The position numbers were made by a program, and so were the translations under genes. Positions 37,621-47,342 of a DNA stretch of 64,000 bases are shown here, piece by piece. Position 1 is the stretch's first letter. Each line of letters starts with the position of its first letter. Origin of the DNA: an uncultured Gemmatimonadales bacterium (GTDB taxonomy: Bacteria; Gemmatimonadota; Gemmatimonadetes; Longimicrobiales; RSA9); contig CAWCUS010000001.1 in assembly GCA_963798845.1 (NCBI GenBank), positions 544,001 through 608,000 of the forward strand, read 5' to 3'. The notes below the pieces were generated by a model. That model was given only the letters and a program-made list of their open reading frames with translations. It did not search any database and was not told where the DNA came from.

Positions 37621-38772
37621 ATGACCGACGAGACAGCGGACGCGGGGAGCGTCGAGGAGATCCGGACGCCGGCAGCAGTTGTGGACCTGGAGCGGATGGA
37701 GGCGAACCTCCGGCGCATGCAGGACTACGTGGACGGCCATCGCCTCCAGCTGCGGCCGCATACGAAGACGCACAAGGCTGCGTGGATCGGGGCAGCGCAG
37801 GTGTCCCTCGGGGCCCGGGGGCTGACCGTGGCGACGCCGGTGGAGGCGGAGCGAGTGGGGCGGGCGGCGCCGGAGCTGCTGGTGGCGTACCCGGCGCTGG
37901 GCGCGCGCGCGAACGCGATCGCCGCGGTGGCGCAGGAGCGTCCGACGCTGGTGGCGCTGGACTCGGTGGAGGCGGTAGAGGCGCTGCGGCGGGCGGTGGA
38001 CCGGCAGCCGGAAGCGTCGCCGGTGCGGGTGCTGGTGGAGCTGGACGTGGGGATGCGCCGTTGCGGCGTGCCGACGGGTGCCGCGGCGGTGCCGGTTGCG
38101 AAAGCGTGCGCGGGCGGCGTCGCCTACGAGGGGATCCTGTTTTACCCGGGGCACATCCGGCAGCACGTAACGGAACAGGACGCGGGCCTGGAGGGGCTGG
38201 CGGAGGATCTGAACGCGGCCATCGAGGTGCTGGGAGACGCGGGGCTGGCGCCCTCCATCGTGAGCGGCGGCTCGACGCCGACGGCCTTCCGCTCCCACGA
38301 GGTTCCCGGCCAGACCGAGATCCGGCCCGGCACGTACGTGTACAACGACCGCACCACGGCGGCGATGGGGGCGTGTGCGTGGGGCGACTGCGCGTACACG
38401 ATCCTGGCGACGGTCATCAGCACGGCGGTGGCGGGGCAGGCGGTGGTGGATGCCGGCTCGAAGTCGCTGTCGAGCGACCCCATGCGAGCGCCGGGCTTCG
38501 ATGGCTACGGCCAGCTCCTGGACCGCCCCGGCGTGACGGTGGCGCGCACGAGCGAGGAGCACGGGATCCTCGACCTTTCGGGCACGGACTGGCGCCCGCG
38601 CGTGGGCGACCGGGTGCGCATCATCCCGAACCACGTGTGCGTGTCGGTGAACCTCCAGCCGCGGGTGTTCGGCCTGCGCGGTGACGGGATCGAGCGGGTA
38701 TGGCCGGTGGAAGCGCGCGGCTGGTGGGCGGCCAGCCACGGCACCCCCGTCCCCGTGGCGGGCGGGACGTGA
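37621..38772 (+). CDS. Fold-type III PLP enzyme, DSD1/D-threonine aldolase-like family
   Basis: 'RTPAAVVD', PLP Lys in 'LRPHTKTHK', 'GGSTPT', 'EIRPGTYVYND', 'DAGSKSLS', 'SEEHG', 'IPNHVC'. Confidence 0.92.
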   Translation: MTDETADAGSVEEIRTPAAVVDLERMEANLRRMQDYVDGHRLQLRPHTKTHKAAWIGAAQVSLGARGLTVATPVEAERVGRAAPELLVAYPALGARANAIAAVAQERPTLVALDSVEAVEALRRAVDRQPEASPVRVLVELDVGMRRCGVPTGAAAVPVAKACAGGVAYEGILFYPGHIRQHVTEQDAGLEGLAEDLNAAIEVLGDAGLAPSIVSGGSTPTAFRSHEVPGQTEIRPGTYVYNDRTTAAMGACAWGDCAYTILATVISTAVAGQAVVDAGSKSLSSDPMRAPGFDGYGQLLDRPGVTVARTSEEHGILDLSGTDWRPRVGDRVRIIPNHVCVSVNLQPRVFGLRGDGIERVWPVEARGWWAASHGTPVPVAGGT

Positions 38773-41117
38773 CGGAGGGCACGGTGCGCATGCAGCGAGC
38801 GGTGACGATGTCGTCGGAGCGCGTGGTGCGGGTCGGGTGTCCGGCGCACAACTGCGGCGGGCGGTGCCTGCTGCGGGCGCACGTTCGCGACGGCGTCATC
38901 GTGCGGCTGGAGACGGACGACCGGCCCGATTCGGTGGCGGACCCGCAGCTTCGGGCGTGCACGCGCGGGCGGGCGTACCTGCGTCGGCAGTACCACCCGG
39001 ACCGGCTGATGCACCCGCTCCGGCGGGTGGGGCGTCGCGGCGAGGGGAGGTTCGAGCGCATCTCGTGGGACGAGGCGCTGGACCTGCTCGCCTCGGAGAT
39101 ACGCCGGGTTCGGGACACGCACGGCAACGGCGCGCTCTTCGTCCCGTACGGCACCGGCAGCTACAACCAGACGAACGGCTCCCAGACGGCGCGTCGGCTA
39201 TTCAACCTGTACGGCGGCTGCCTCGGCATCTGGAACAGCTACTCCTGGGGCGCCATCAACGTCGCGACGCCCACCGTCTACGGCACCGTCGAGACCGGCA
39301 ACCAGCGCCAGGACTGGCTGAATGCCCGCCTGATCCTCATGTGGGGGTGGAACCCGGCGGAGATGCGCGACGGGACGAACAGCGACTGGCTGGTGAAGGA
39401 GGCGAGGCGCCGGGGGGCACGCGTCGTGTGCCTCGATCCTCGTCTCAGCATGAGCGCGGCGGCGCTGGCGGACGAGTGGGTGCCGGTACGCCCCGGGACG
39501 GACGCGGCGCTCATGAGCGCGATGGCCCACGTGATCGTGGCCGAAGGACTCCACGATAGCGATTTCGTCGGCACCCACTGCCAGGGCTTCGATGCGACGA
39601 CGATGCCTCCCGGCTTCGAGGACGTGGAGACGTGGGAGGACTACCTCTTCGGTCGCCGCGACGGCCAGCCGAAGACGCCGGAATGGGCGGAGCCGATCAC
39701 CGGGGTGCCGCGGGAGACCATCGCCCGGCTGGCGCGGGAATACGCCACGGTCAGGCCGGGCGTGCTGTACCAGGGATATGGAATGCAGCGCCGCGCCTGC
39801 GGCGAGCAGGTGGTGCGCGCGGGCGCGGCGCTGGCGGCGCTGACCGGCAACGTGGGGGTCCCCGGCGGCTGGGCGAGCGGGCTGGCGCTCCAGGCGCCCG
39901 ACGGAGGGCCTCTCTGGAACGTGTTCCCCGTCGGCCGGAACCCGGTGGGGGCGGCCATTCCGGTGTTCCTGTGGACGGAGGCGGTGCTGCGCGGGCGGGA
40001 GCTGGGGGCGCGCGATGGGGTGCTGTTCGGGGATGCGGGGGGCGGCGAGGGGTCGGAAAGCGCGGCGGCGGCGGCGGGCGGTGGGGGCGCCGGGAATCGT
40101 CGCCTGGAGAGCGACATCAAGCTGATCTGGGCGGTGGCGAGCAACGCGCTTGTGAACCAGCACGCGGACATCAACCGCACGGCGGTGATCCTGGCCGATG
40201 AGTCCCTGGTGGAGTTCATCGCGGTGCAGGACAACTTCCTGACGCCCACGGCGCGCTTCGCGGACCTGGTCCTGCCGGCGAGCACGCAGTTCGAGACCTG
40301 GGGTGTGGAGGACGGCTGGAAGTACGGCGACGAGGTGCTGCTCATGCCGCCGCTCGTCGACCCGCCGGGCGAGTGCCGCTCCGACTACGCCATCTGTGCC
40401 GACGTGGCCGGGCGACTCGGAATCGGGGGGGCGTACACGGAAGGTCTGGACGAGCGCGGGTGGGTGGAGTGGTCGCTGGATCGCTGGCGGGAGACGCGCT
40501 TTCCGGACCTGCCGTCGCTGGAGGAGCTCGAGGCGACGAACCAGGGCGTGTACTCGCGGCCGGTGACCGAGCCCGCGGTGGCGCTGGCCGACTTCCGGGC
40601 CGACCCGGAGGCGCACCCCCTGTCCACCCCATCGGGGAAGATCGAGATCTTCTCCGTCGCGCTGCACGCCCTCGCCAGCCCCGAGGTCCCGCCGGTGCCG
40701 AAGTACATCCAGGAGTGGGAGAGCCCGTTCGGCGAGGAGGCGGCGTGCTATCCGCTCCAGGCCATGGGACACCACACCATGGCCCGGGTCCACTCCACGC
40801 ACGACAACAACGACTGGCTGCGGGAGGCGTTCCCTCAGCGCGTGTTCATCAACGAGCTGGACGCCGCCGAGCGCGGAATCCGTGACGGCGATGACGTCCG
40901 GGTCTGGAACGATCGCGGCGAGATGATCCTCGCCTGCCGCGTCACGCCGCGGATCATGCCCGGCGTGGTGGACATTCCCCAGGGCGCGTGGTGGCGCCCG
41001 GACGAGAACGGGGTGGACCGCGGTGGCGCGGTGAACGTGCTGACATCGGCCAGGTGGACGGCGCTCGGCCACGCCACGGCGCAGCACACGATCATGGTGC
41101 AGGCGGCGAAGGCATGA
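38769..41117 (+). CDS. dmsA: Molybdopterin oxidoreductase catalytic subunit, DmsA/YnfE-like, no Tat signal
   Basis: 'CPAHNCGGRC...RACTRGR', 'PDRL..P', 'FERISWDEAL', 'NSYSW' (Ser-ligand region), 'PGTDAAL', 'TPSGKIEI', 'RVHST'; start may be 38769, 38790 or 38808. Confidence 0.88.
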   Translation: MTEGTVRMQRAVTMSSERVVRVGCPAHNCGGRCLLRAHVRDGVIVRLETDDRPDSVADPQLRACTRGRAYLRRQYHPDRLMHPLRRVGRRGEGRFERISWDEALDLLASEIRRVRDTHGNGALFVPYGTGSYNQTNGSQTARRLFNLYGGCLGIWNSYSWGAINVATPTVYGTVETGNQRQDWLNARLILMWGWNPAEMRDGTNSDWLVKEARRRGARVVCLDPRLSMSAAALADEWVPVRPGTDAALMSAMAHVIVAEGLHDSDFVGTHCQGFDATTMPPGFEDVETWEDYLFGRRDGQPKTPEWAEPITGVPRETIARLAREYATVRPGVLYQGYGMQRRACGEQVVRAGAALAALTGNVGVPGGWASGLALQAPDGGPLWNVFPVGRNPVGAAIPVFLWTEAVLRGRELGARDGVLFGDAGGGEGSESAAAAAGGGGAGNRRLESDIKLIWAVASNALVNQHADINRTAVILADESLVEFIAVQDNFLTPTARFADLVLPASTQFETWGVEDGWKYGDEVLLMPPLVDPPGECRSDYAICADVAGRLGIGGAYTEGLDERGWVEWSLDRWRETRFPDLPSLEELEATNQGVYSRPVTEPAVALADFRADPEAHPLSTPSGKIEIFSVALHALASPEVPPVPKYIQEWESPFGEEAACYPLQAMGHHTMARVHSTHDNNDWLREAFPQRVFINELDAAERGIRDGDDVRVWNDRGEMILACRVTPRIMPGVVDIPQGAWWRPDENGVDRGGAVNVLTSARWTALGHATAQHTIMVQAAKA

Positions 41118-41731
41118 CGCGCTACGCCTTCTACTTCGACGCGTCGGCGTGCTCCGGGTGCAAGGCGTGCCAGGTGGCCTGCAAGGACAAGCACGACCTT
41201 CCGGCGGGGGTGCGCTGGCGCCGGGTGTACGAGGTGGTCGGTGGAGGTTGGGAGCGCAGGGGCGGTGCGTGGGTGAACGACGTCGTCGCCTGGAACCTGT
41301 CGATGGGGTGCAATCACTGCGAGCGGCCGGTGTGCGTCGAGGTCTGCCCCGCCGGCGCCATGCGCCAGCGGGAGGACGGTCTGGTCCTGATCGACCCGGA
41401 GCGGTGCCTCGGGTGCCGGTACTGCGAGTGGGCGTGCCCGTATGGTGCCCCACAATACGATGCCGGCGCCGGACGCGTCTCGAAGTGTACGTTCTGCGTG
41501 GACGAGCTGGATGCGGGGCGGCCCCCCGCGTGCGTGGCAGCGTGCGGGCTGCGCGCCCTCGACTTCGGCGACCTGGCCGAGCTGGAAGCGAGGCACGGAC
41601 CTGTGCCGGCGGCGGCGCCCCTGCCCGACCCTGCACTGACGCGGCCGGCGCTGCGCATGACGCCCCACCGCGACACGGGGCGGAGCGTCGACGTGCGCGT
41701 GGGGAACCGGGAGGAGGTGAGTTCGCCGTGA
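41114..41731 (+). CDS. dmsB: 4Fe-4S subunit, DmsB-like
   Basis: 'CSGCKACQVACKDK', 'CNHCERPVCVEVCP', 'CLGCRYCEWACPYGAPQ', 'KCTFC...PACVAAC'. Confidence 0.93.
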   Translation: MTRYAFYFDASACSGCKACQVACKDKHDLPAGVRWRRVYEVVGGGWERRGGAWVNDVVAWNLSMGCNHCERPVCVEVCPAGAMRQREDGLVLIDPERCLGCRYCEWACPYGAPQYDAGAGRVSKCTFCVDELDAGRPPACVAACGLRALDFGDLAELEARHGPVPAAAPLPDPALTRPALRMTPHRDTGRSVDVRVGNREEVSSP

Positions 41732-42618
41732 GGGAGCGGTCGCTGGTGGCCTTCACGGTCCTCTCGCAGCTCGCGGTCGGGCTGTTCTGGGCGCTGCTCC
41801 TGGTGGATCTGGGCTCGCGTCTGGGCGGCGCCGAAGCGGCGGCCCTGCTGCGCTGGCAGGCGACCGTGGTCGTCGGCGTCATGGCCGCGGGGGGTGCGGC
41901 CGCGTTCCTCCACCTCGGTACGCCGCGCAACGCCTGGCGGGCGCTGCTCAACGTGCGCGGATCGTGGCTGAGCCGGGAGATCCTCGGCGCGGCGCTGTTC
42001 ACCGCCGTGGCCGTGGCGGTGGCGGTGCTCCGCTGGCGCGATTCCGGCCGGGACGAAGGCGGCGCCGGCTACGCGGCCTTCGCGCTGTATGCGGGTTGCC
42101 TGCTGGGCGCGGGGCTGCTGCTGGCGATGTCCGGCGTCTACCGCCTCCGGACCGTGCCCGCGTGGGATTCGCGCCTGACCACCGCCTCCTTCTTCCTCTC
42201 GGCCGCGTCGCTGGGGAGCCTGGCGACTACGCTGCCTCTGGCCTGGGCGGGAGGAGCCGGGCCGACGCCGGCCGCTCTCCTCGCGCTCGCCTTCGCGAGC
42301 CTCTCGGTCGAGCTCTGGCTCGAGCCGCTGTGGGCCCGGCATCGGCGCGCTGCCCGCGCGGCGGTGGATTCCGGGCTCTTCCCCGCCCCTTCGACCGGCG
42401 CCTCGGGCACCGGTCCGGCCGGCCGGGCCACCCTGCTCACGACCGCACTGGCCGGAAGCACCGTGGCCTGGGTCGGGCTCGCAGCCCGGGCGGCGGGCGA
42501 CGCGGTCCCGGCACCGTTCGTCGTCGCCGCGGTCGCGCTCTCCTTCGTCGCTGCGCTGGGCGCCACAATCGTGGGGCGCAGCGCGTTCTTTCGTAGCCAT
42601 GCACGGGTGGGGCTCTGA
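41728..42618 (+). CDS. dmsC: Membrane anchor, DmsC-like
   Basis: 'LVAFTVLSQLAVG', 'HLGTPRNAWRA...SWLSREI', 'VYRL.TVPAW'. Confidence 0.88.
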   Translation: MRERSLVAFTVLSQLAVGLFWALLLVDLGSRLGGAEAAALLRWQATVVVGVMAAGGAAAFLHLGTPRNAWRALLNVRGSWLSREILGAALFTAVAVAVAVLRWRDSGRDEGGAGYAAFALYAGCLLGAGLLLAMSGVYRLRTVPAWDSRLTTASFFLSAASLGSLATTLPLAWAGGAGPTPAALLALAFASLSVELWLEPLWARHRRAARAAVDSGLFPAPSTGASGTGPAGRATLLTTALAGSTVAWVGLAARAAGDAVPAPFVVAAVALSFVAALGATIVGRSAFFRSHARVGL

Positions 42619-42732
42619 GCCTGGCCTTCGGGAGACCTCCCGGTGCCCGAGGCCCAGCCGAATCACTCCGGCCTCCAGTCGCGTAGGGAAGCCTCGAATG
42701 CCGACGATGAACACCCCGAGAGGAGAACGCCA

Positions 42733-45700
42733 ATGAAGGTGTCCGCACGAAGCCGCAACCGATCCCTGCTCGCCGTCGTGCTGTGCGCGTCAGGCGTTGC
42801 GGCTGCGCCCGCTCCGGCGCAGGTCAACGCGCGGCTGTTCCGCTTTCCGGACGTCTCGAAGACGGAGATCGCCTTCGTGTACGGCAACGACGTGTGGGTG
42901 GTGCCCCGGACGGGTGGCGTCGCCACGCGCCTGACCACGCCGGCGGGGGAGGAATTGTTCCCGCGCTTCTCGCCGGACGGGTCGCGTCTGGCCTTCTCGG
43001 GCAATTACGACGGCAACACGGACGTGTACGTGATGCCGGCGAGCGGCGGTGTGCCGACGCGGGTGACGCACCACCCGGGGACGGACCGGATGGTGGACTG
43101 GTACCCGTCGGGCGACGCGTTGCTGATCGCGTCGAACATGACGAGCGAGAAGGACCGCTTCAGCAAGCTCTTCCGCGTCTCCCCCGACGGCGGTCTGCCG
43201 CAGGTGCTGCCGCTGCCGTTCGGCGAGTACGGAGACATCTCGGCCGATGGCCGCACGCTGGCCTACCTCCAGAACTGGCGGGACTTCCGCACGTGGAAGC
43301 GCTACCGGGGCGGGCTGACCACGGCCATCTGGCTGTTCGACCTGGGGTCGCACGCGGCCAGGAAGGTGCCGGGGGACAGCGCGAACAACACCGACCCAAT
43401 GTGGCACGGGAAGACGCTCTATTTCCTGAGCGACCGCGCGGCGAACGAACGGATGAACATCTGGGCGTACGACACCGACTCGGGCGACGTTCGGCAGGTC
43501 ACCCACTACGAGGACTACGACATCCACTTCCCGGCCGTGGGCCCCGACGCCATGGTCTACGAGGAAGGCGGGAAGCTATGGATCATGGACCTGGCGACGG
43601 AGCAGTCATCGGCCGTGGACGTGCGCATCGAGAGCGACTTCGCCAGCATCCGGCCGCGGCTGGAGAGCGTGGGCGGCGAGTTCCAGGACGCCGACATCTC
43701 GCCCAGCGGCAAACGCGCGGTGGTGGCCGCGCGCGGCGACCTGTTCACGCTCCCGGCGGAGCACGGCGCGGTCGTGACGCTGGAGGGAGCGTCGGCGAGC
43801 GCGGCAAGACACCCGGCGTGGTCGCCGGACGGCCGCCAGGTGGCGTACTGGAGTGACCGCACGGGCGAGTACGAGCTCACGATCGAGTCCGCGGACGGGA
43901 CCGGGGAGCCCAGGACAGTGACGAAGCTGGGGCCCGGGTTCCGCTACCGGATCTTCTGGTCGCCGGACTCGAAGAAGGTGGCGTACATCGACCAGGCGAT
44001 GCGGATCCAGCTCACCGACGTCGCCGGCGGGAAGACGCAGCAGATCGGAAAGGGCAACTACTTCTACCAGGGCGGGCTGGCCAGCTTCGTCGCCAGCTGG
44101 AGCCCGGACTCCCGCTACGTGGCGTACGGCGGCGACCTGCCGTCGCGCGCCGGCGCGATCTTCGTCTTCGACACGAAGACGGCCGCGAGCCACCAGGTGA
44201 CACACGGCTTCTACAACGCGTCGGAGCCCGCGTTCGATCCCGAGGGAAAGTACCTCTACCTGCTCACGAACCAGAGCTTCCAGCCCAGCTACAGCGACGT
44301 CGACGGCACGTGGATCTACGCCAACTCCACCCAGATCGCCGCGCTCCCGCTGACCGGCGAAACCGCTTCCCCGCTGGCGCCCCGGAACGACGAGGAGAAG
44401 CCGGGCTCCGCGCAGGACGATGAGGAGACCGGCGGCGCGAAGGCGGCGGCCGGCAGGAGCGGGGGCAGCAAGGGAGAGGAGGAAGGAGCGGGCGCACCGC
44501 CGCCGGCGGTGGCCATCGACTTCGACGGGCTGGAGTCGCGCGCCGTCATCCTCCCGCCGGGGGCCGGAAACTATGGCGACCTGCAGGCCGTGAAGGGGAA
44601 GGTGCTGTACCGGCGCCGGGCCCGGACCGGGGCATCTCAGGGTCCGTCGGAGACGCCCGTCCTGTACTGGGACCTGGGCGAGCGCGAGGAGAAGACGATC
44701 CTGGAGGACGCAGACGCGTTCCGCGTCTCGGCGGACGGCAAGAAGCTGCTGGCCCTGAAGGACGGGAAGCTGGCCATCGTGGACCTGAAGCCCGGTGCCA
44801 AGCTGGACAAGCCGCTGAAGATGTCGGACATGCAGGCGACGATCGAGCCGCGCGCCGAGTGGCGGCAGATCTTCACCGACGCGTGGCGCTTCGAGCGCGA
44901 CTACTTCTACGACCCGAAGATGCACGGCGTGGACTGGCCCGCAATGCGCCAGCGCTACGGCGCGCTGCTGGATGACGCCGTGACGCGCGAGGACGTCAAC
45001 TTCGTCATCGGTGAGCTGATCGGGGAGCTGAGCTCATCGCACACGTACCGCGGCGGCGGCGACATCGAGCACCCGAAGCGGGAGGACGTGGGGCTGCTGG
45101 GCGTGGACTGGAAGAAGGAGAACGGGGCGTTCCGGATCGCCCGCATCGTGCGCCCGGCGCCGTGGGAAAGCGAGGTCCGCTCCCCGCTCGACCGCTCCGG
45201 GGTCGACCTGCACGAGGGCGACTACGTGCTGGCGGTGGACGGCCGTCCCCTGGACCCGGCGAAGGATCCGTGGGCCTCGTTCGCCGGCCTGGCGGGAGAA
45301 ACGGTGACGCTCACGGTCAATGGCAGCCCGACGATGGACGGCGCCCGGCGCGTGATCGTGGCGATGATGAAGCTGGACGACGAGCAGCGGCTGAGGAACC
45401 TGGCGTGGATCCAGGCGAAACGGGAGCGGGTGGCGCAGGCGACCGACGGCCGCGTCGGCTACATCTACGTCCCCGACACGTCCATCCCCGGGCAGACGGA
45501 GCTGGTGCGGCAGTTCGCCGGGCAGTTCCACATGGACGGGCTGATCATCGACGAGCGCTTCAACAGCGGCGGACAGATCCCGGACCGCTTCGTCGAGCTG
45601 CTGAACCGGCCGGTGACCAACTTCTGGGCCACGCGCGATGGCGTGGACTGGCAGTGGCCGCCGCTGGCCCACACGGGGCCCGAGGTCATGCTCATCAACG

Positions 45701-46062
45701 AGTGGAGCGGGTCCGGCGGCGACGCGTTCCCGTGGCTGTTCCGCCGCGCCAATCTCGGCCCGCTGGTCGGGACGCGCACCTGGGGCGGCCTCATCGGCAT
45801 CAGCGGCGTCCCGCCGCTCGTGGACGGGGGCGCGGTCACGGTTCCGACGTTCGGCATCTACTCCACCGAAGGGAGCTGGGTGGTCGAGAACCAGGGCGTG
45901 ACGCCCGACATCACCGTGGAGATGGACCCGTCGAAGACCGCCGATGGCAGCGATCCCCAGCTGGAAGCGGCCATCGCGGAGTCGATGAAGCTGCTTCGCA
46001 CGCAGCCCCCGGTGCGGGCGAAGAAGCCCGCCTATCCGGTGAAAGTCCCCGGCGGGCGGTAG
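42733..46062 (+). CDS. Tricorn protease (peptidase S41)
   Basis: Signal peptide; PD40 propellers; 'WKRYRGG'; 'GELSSSH'; PDZ-like domain; 'DERFNSGG', 'SGSGGDAFP', 'GTRTWGG', 'ENQGVTPDI'. Confidence 0.95.
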   Translation: MKVSARSRNRSLLAVVLCASGVAAAPAPAQVNARLFRFPDVSKTEIAFVYGNDVWVVPRTGGVATRLTTPAGEELFPRFSPDGSRLAFSGNYDGNTDVYVMPASGGVPTRVTHHPGTDRMVDWYPSGDALLIASNMTSEKDRFSKLFRVSPDGGLPQVLPLPFGEYGDISADGRTLAYLQNWRDFRTWKRYRGGLTTAIWLFDLGSHAARKVPGDSANNTDPMWHGKTLYFLSDRAANERMNIWAYDTDSGDVRQVTHYEDYDIHFPAVGPDAMVYEEGGKLWIMDLATEQSSAVDVRIESDFASIRPRLESVGGEFQDADISPSGKRAVVAARGDLFTLPAEHGAVVTLEGASASAARHPAWSPDGRQVAYWSDRTGEYELTIESADGTGEPRTVTKLGPGFRYRIFWSPDSKKVAYIDQAMRIQLTDVAGGKTQQIGKGNYFYQGGLASFVASWSPDSRYVAYGGDLPSRAGAIFVFDTKTAASHQVTHGFYNASEPAFDPEGKYLYLLTNQSFQPSYSDVDGTWIYANSTQIAALPLTGETASPLAPRNDEEKPGSAQDDEETGGAKAAAGRSGGSKGEEEGAGAPPPAVAIDFDGLESRAVILPPGAGNYGDLQAVKGKVLYRRRARTGASQGPSETPVLYWDLGEREEKTILEDADAFRVSADGKKLLALKDGKLAIVDLKPGAKLDKPLKMSDMQATIEPRAEWRQIFTDAWRFERDYFYDPKMHGVDWPAMRQRYGALLDDAVTREDVNFVIGELIGELSSSHTYRGGGDIEHPKREDVGLLGVDWKKENGAFRIARIVRPAPWESEVRSPLDRSGVDLHEGDYVLAVDGRPLDPAKDPWASFAGLAGETVTLTVNGSPTMDGARRVIVAMMKLDDEQRLRNLAWIQAKRERVAQATDGRVGYIYVPDTSIPGQTELVRQFAGQFHMDGLIIDERFNSGGQIPDRFVELLNRPVTNFWATRDGVDWQWPPLAHTGPEVMLINEWSGSGGDAFPWLFRRANLGPLVGTRTWGGLIGISGVPPLVDGGAVTVPTFGIYSTEGSWVVENQGVTPDITVEMDPSKTADGSDPQLEAAIAESMKLLRTQPPVRAKKPAYPVKVPGGR

Positions 46063-46118
46063 CGGCGGGAGCGGTCCCGCTGCGCGGGGACGCGGGCCGC
46101 TCTGCGAGCCCGCGTCCC
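46062..46118. terminator. Tandem GC hairpins between convergent tricorn and pdxH genes
   Basis: GCGGCGGGA-GCGG-TCCCGCTGC and GGGACGCGGGC...GCCCGCGTCCC stems; no long U-tract. Confidence 0.45.
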
Positions 46119-46131
46119 TTCCCGCCTGCGC

Positions 46132-46800
46132 CTACGGGCTGAGCCGGGTCAACGCCCAGCCAGTCTCCGTGCGGGTGAACAGCAACCGATCGTGCATGCG
46201 GTTCGCTCGGCCCTGCCAGAACTCGATGCGCTCCGCACGCACGCGGTAGCCGCCCCAGAACGGAGGGAGCGGGACGTCGTGGCCGGGGAACTCGGCGTTC
46301 CGCTCCTCGAAGCTGCGCTCCAGCGCGGCTCGGCTCTCGATCGGGGCGCTCTGCCTGGAGGCCCAGGCTGCGATCCGGCTTCCGCGGGGGCGGCTGCGGT
46401 GGTAGGCGTCGGACTCCTCGAAGGTGGTTCGTTCGGCCGTCCCCTCGATGCGGATCTGGCGGTGGAGCGTGGGCCAGTGGAGGAGGAGGGCGGCGCGCGG
46501 GTTGGCTTCCAGCTCGTCGGCCTTGCGGCTGTCGTAGTTCGTGTAGAAGACGAAGCCGCGCTCGTCGAAGGACTTGAGCAGCACCTGGCGGACCGACGGC
46601 GCGCCGTCCGGGGTGGCCGTGGCCACGGCCATCCCCTCGTGCAGGTAGATGCCGGCGTCACTCGCCTGGCGGAACCACCGGCCGAACAGGACGAGCGGGT
46701 CCGACCCCGCGTCCGCCCGCGCCAGCGCCGCTTCGTCCATTCCGGAGATCACGCCCTGCCCCGACGTGCGCACCGTCCGCCACCATGTCAGAAGACCCAT
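46132..46800 (-). CDS. pdxH: Pyridoxamine 5'-phosphate oxidase
   Basis: 'PSVRQVLLK', 'FVFYTNYDSRK', 'RQIRIEG', 'SRPRGS', 'WGGYRV', 'EFWQGR.NRMHDR'. Confidence 0.95.
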   Translation of the reverse strand: MGLLTWWRTVRTSGQGVISGMDEAALARADAGSDPLVLFGRWFRQASDAGIYLHEGMAVATATPDGAPSVRQVLLKSFDERGFVFYTNYDSRKADELEANPRAALLLHWPTLHRQIRIEGTAERTTFEESDAYHRSRPRGSRIAAWASRQSAPIESRAALERSFEERNAEFPGHDVPLPPFWGGYRVRAERIEFWQGRANRMHDRLLFTRTETGWALTRLSP

Positions 46801-46858
46801 TCTTCCCCACCCCTCTTCGCGCCTCTCGCTCTCCCCGGTCGACGGTCAAAAGGCAACG

Positions 46859-47191
46859 TCACCGGTCACCGGTTCCCTGGCACTCGTCACAGGGGCAGAT
46901 CCCTCTCAGCAGGTCCCACGGGTACATGCCGGTGTCGTGGCCATCCGGCCACGTGAACTTCAGGGCGTAGCGCCCCACGTACTCGATGGCTACGGGCATG
47001 ATGTCCGCCGCCACGGTGGACGGGTCGAGGAGCGGCTGGTGGGTGTACTCGTCGATGCAGCCGGCGCACGGGCAGACCAGCCGAATCCGGCGCGGTTCGT
47101 ACTCGCTGACATGGCCGTCCGCCCACACGATCCGGAGCCAATGCCCGTCCTCCGTGGGCTCCACGGTCCTCGGCCGTACGTTCTGCTTCAT
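46859..47191 (-). CDS. DUF971 / GBBH-like N-terminal domain protein
   Basis: 'WADGH', 'CPCAGC', 'VGRYAL', 'WPDGHDTGMY.W..L'. Confidence 0.88.
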   Translation of the reverse strand: MKQNVRPRTVEPTEDGHWLRIVWADGHVSEYEPRRIRLVCPCAGCIDEYTHQPLLDPSTVAADIMPVAIEYVGRYALKFTWPDGHDTGMYPWDLLRGICPCDECQGTGDR

Positions 47192-47342
47192 TCAATGTCT
47201 CGTCTGCGTGGTAATCGTGCGGCCCAAGTCTGGCGCAATGCCGGGAAGGGGGCAAGGCGGGTCCGGGCGGCACCGGGCTCGCCCGGGAGGCCCCGGCCTG
47301 AGAGCGGAAATCGAGCGGTGGAGCCCGCCAGACGCGTCGTAG

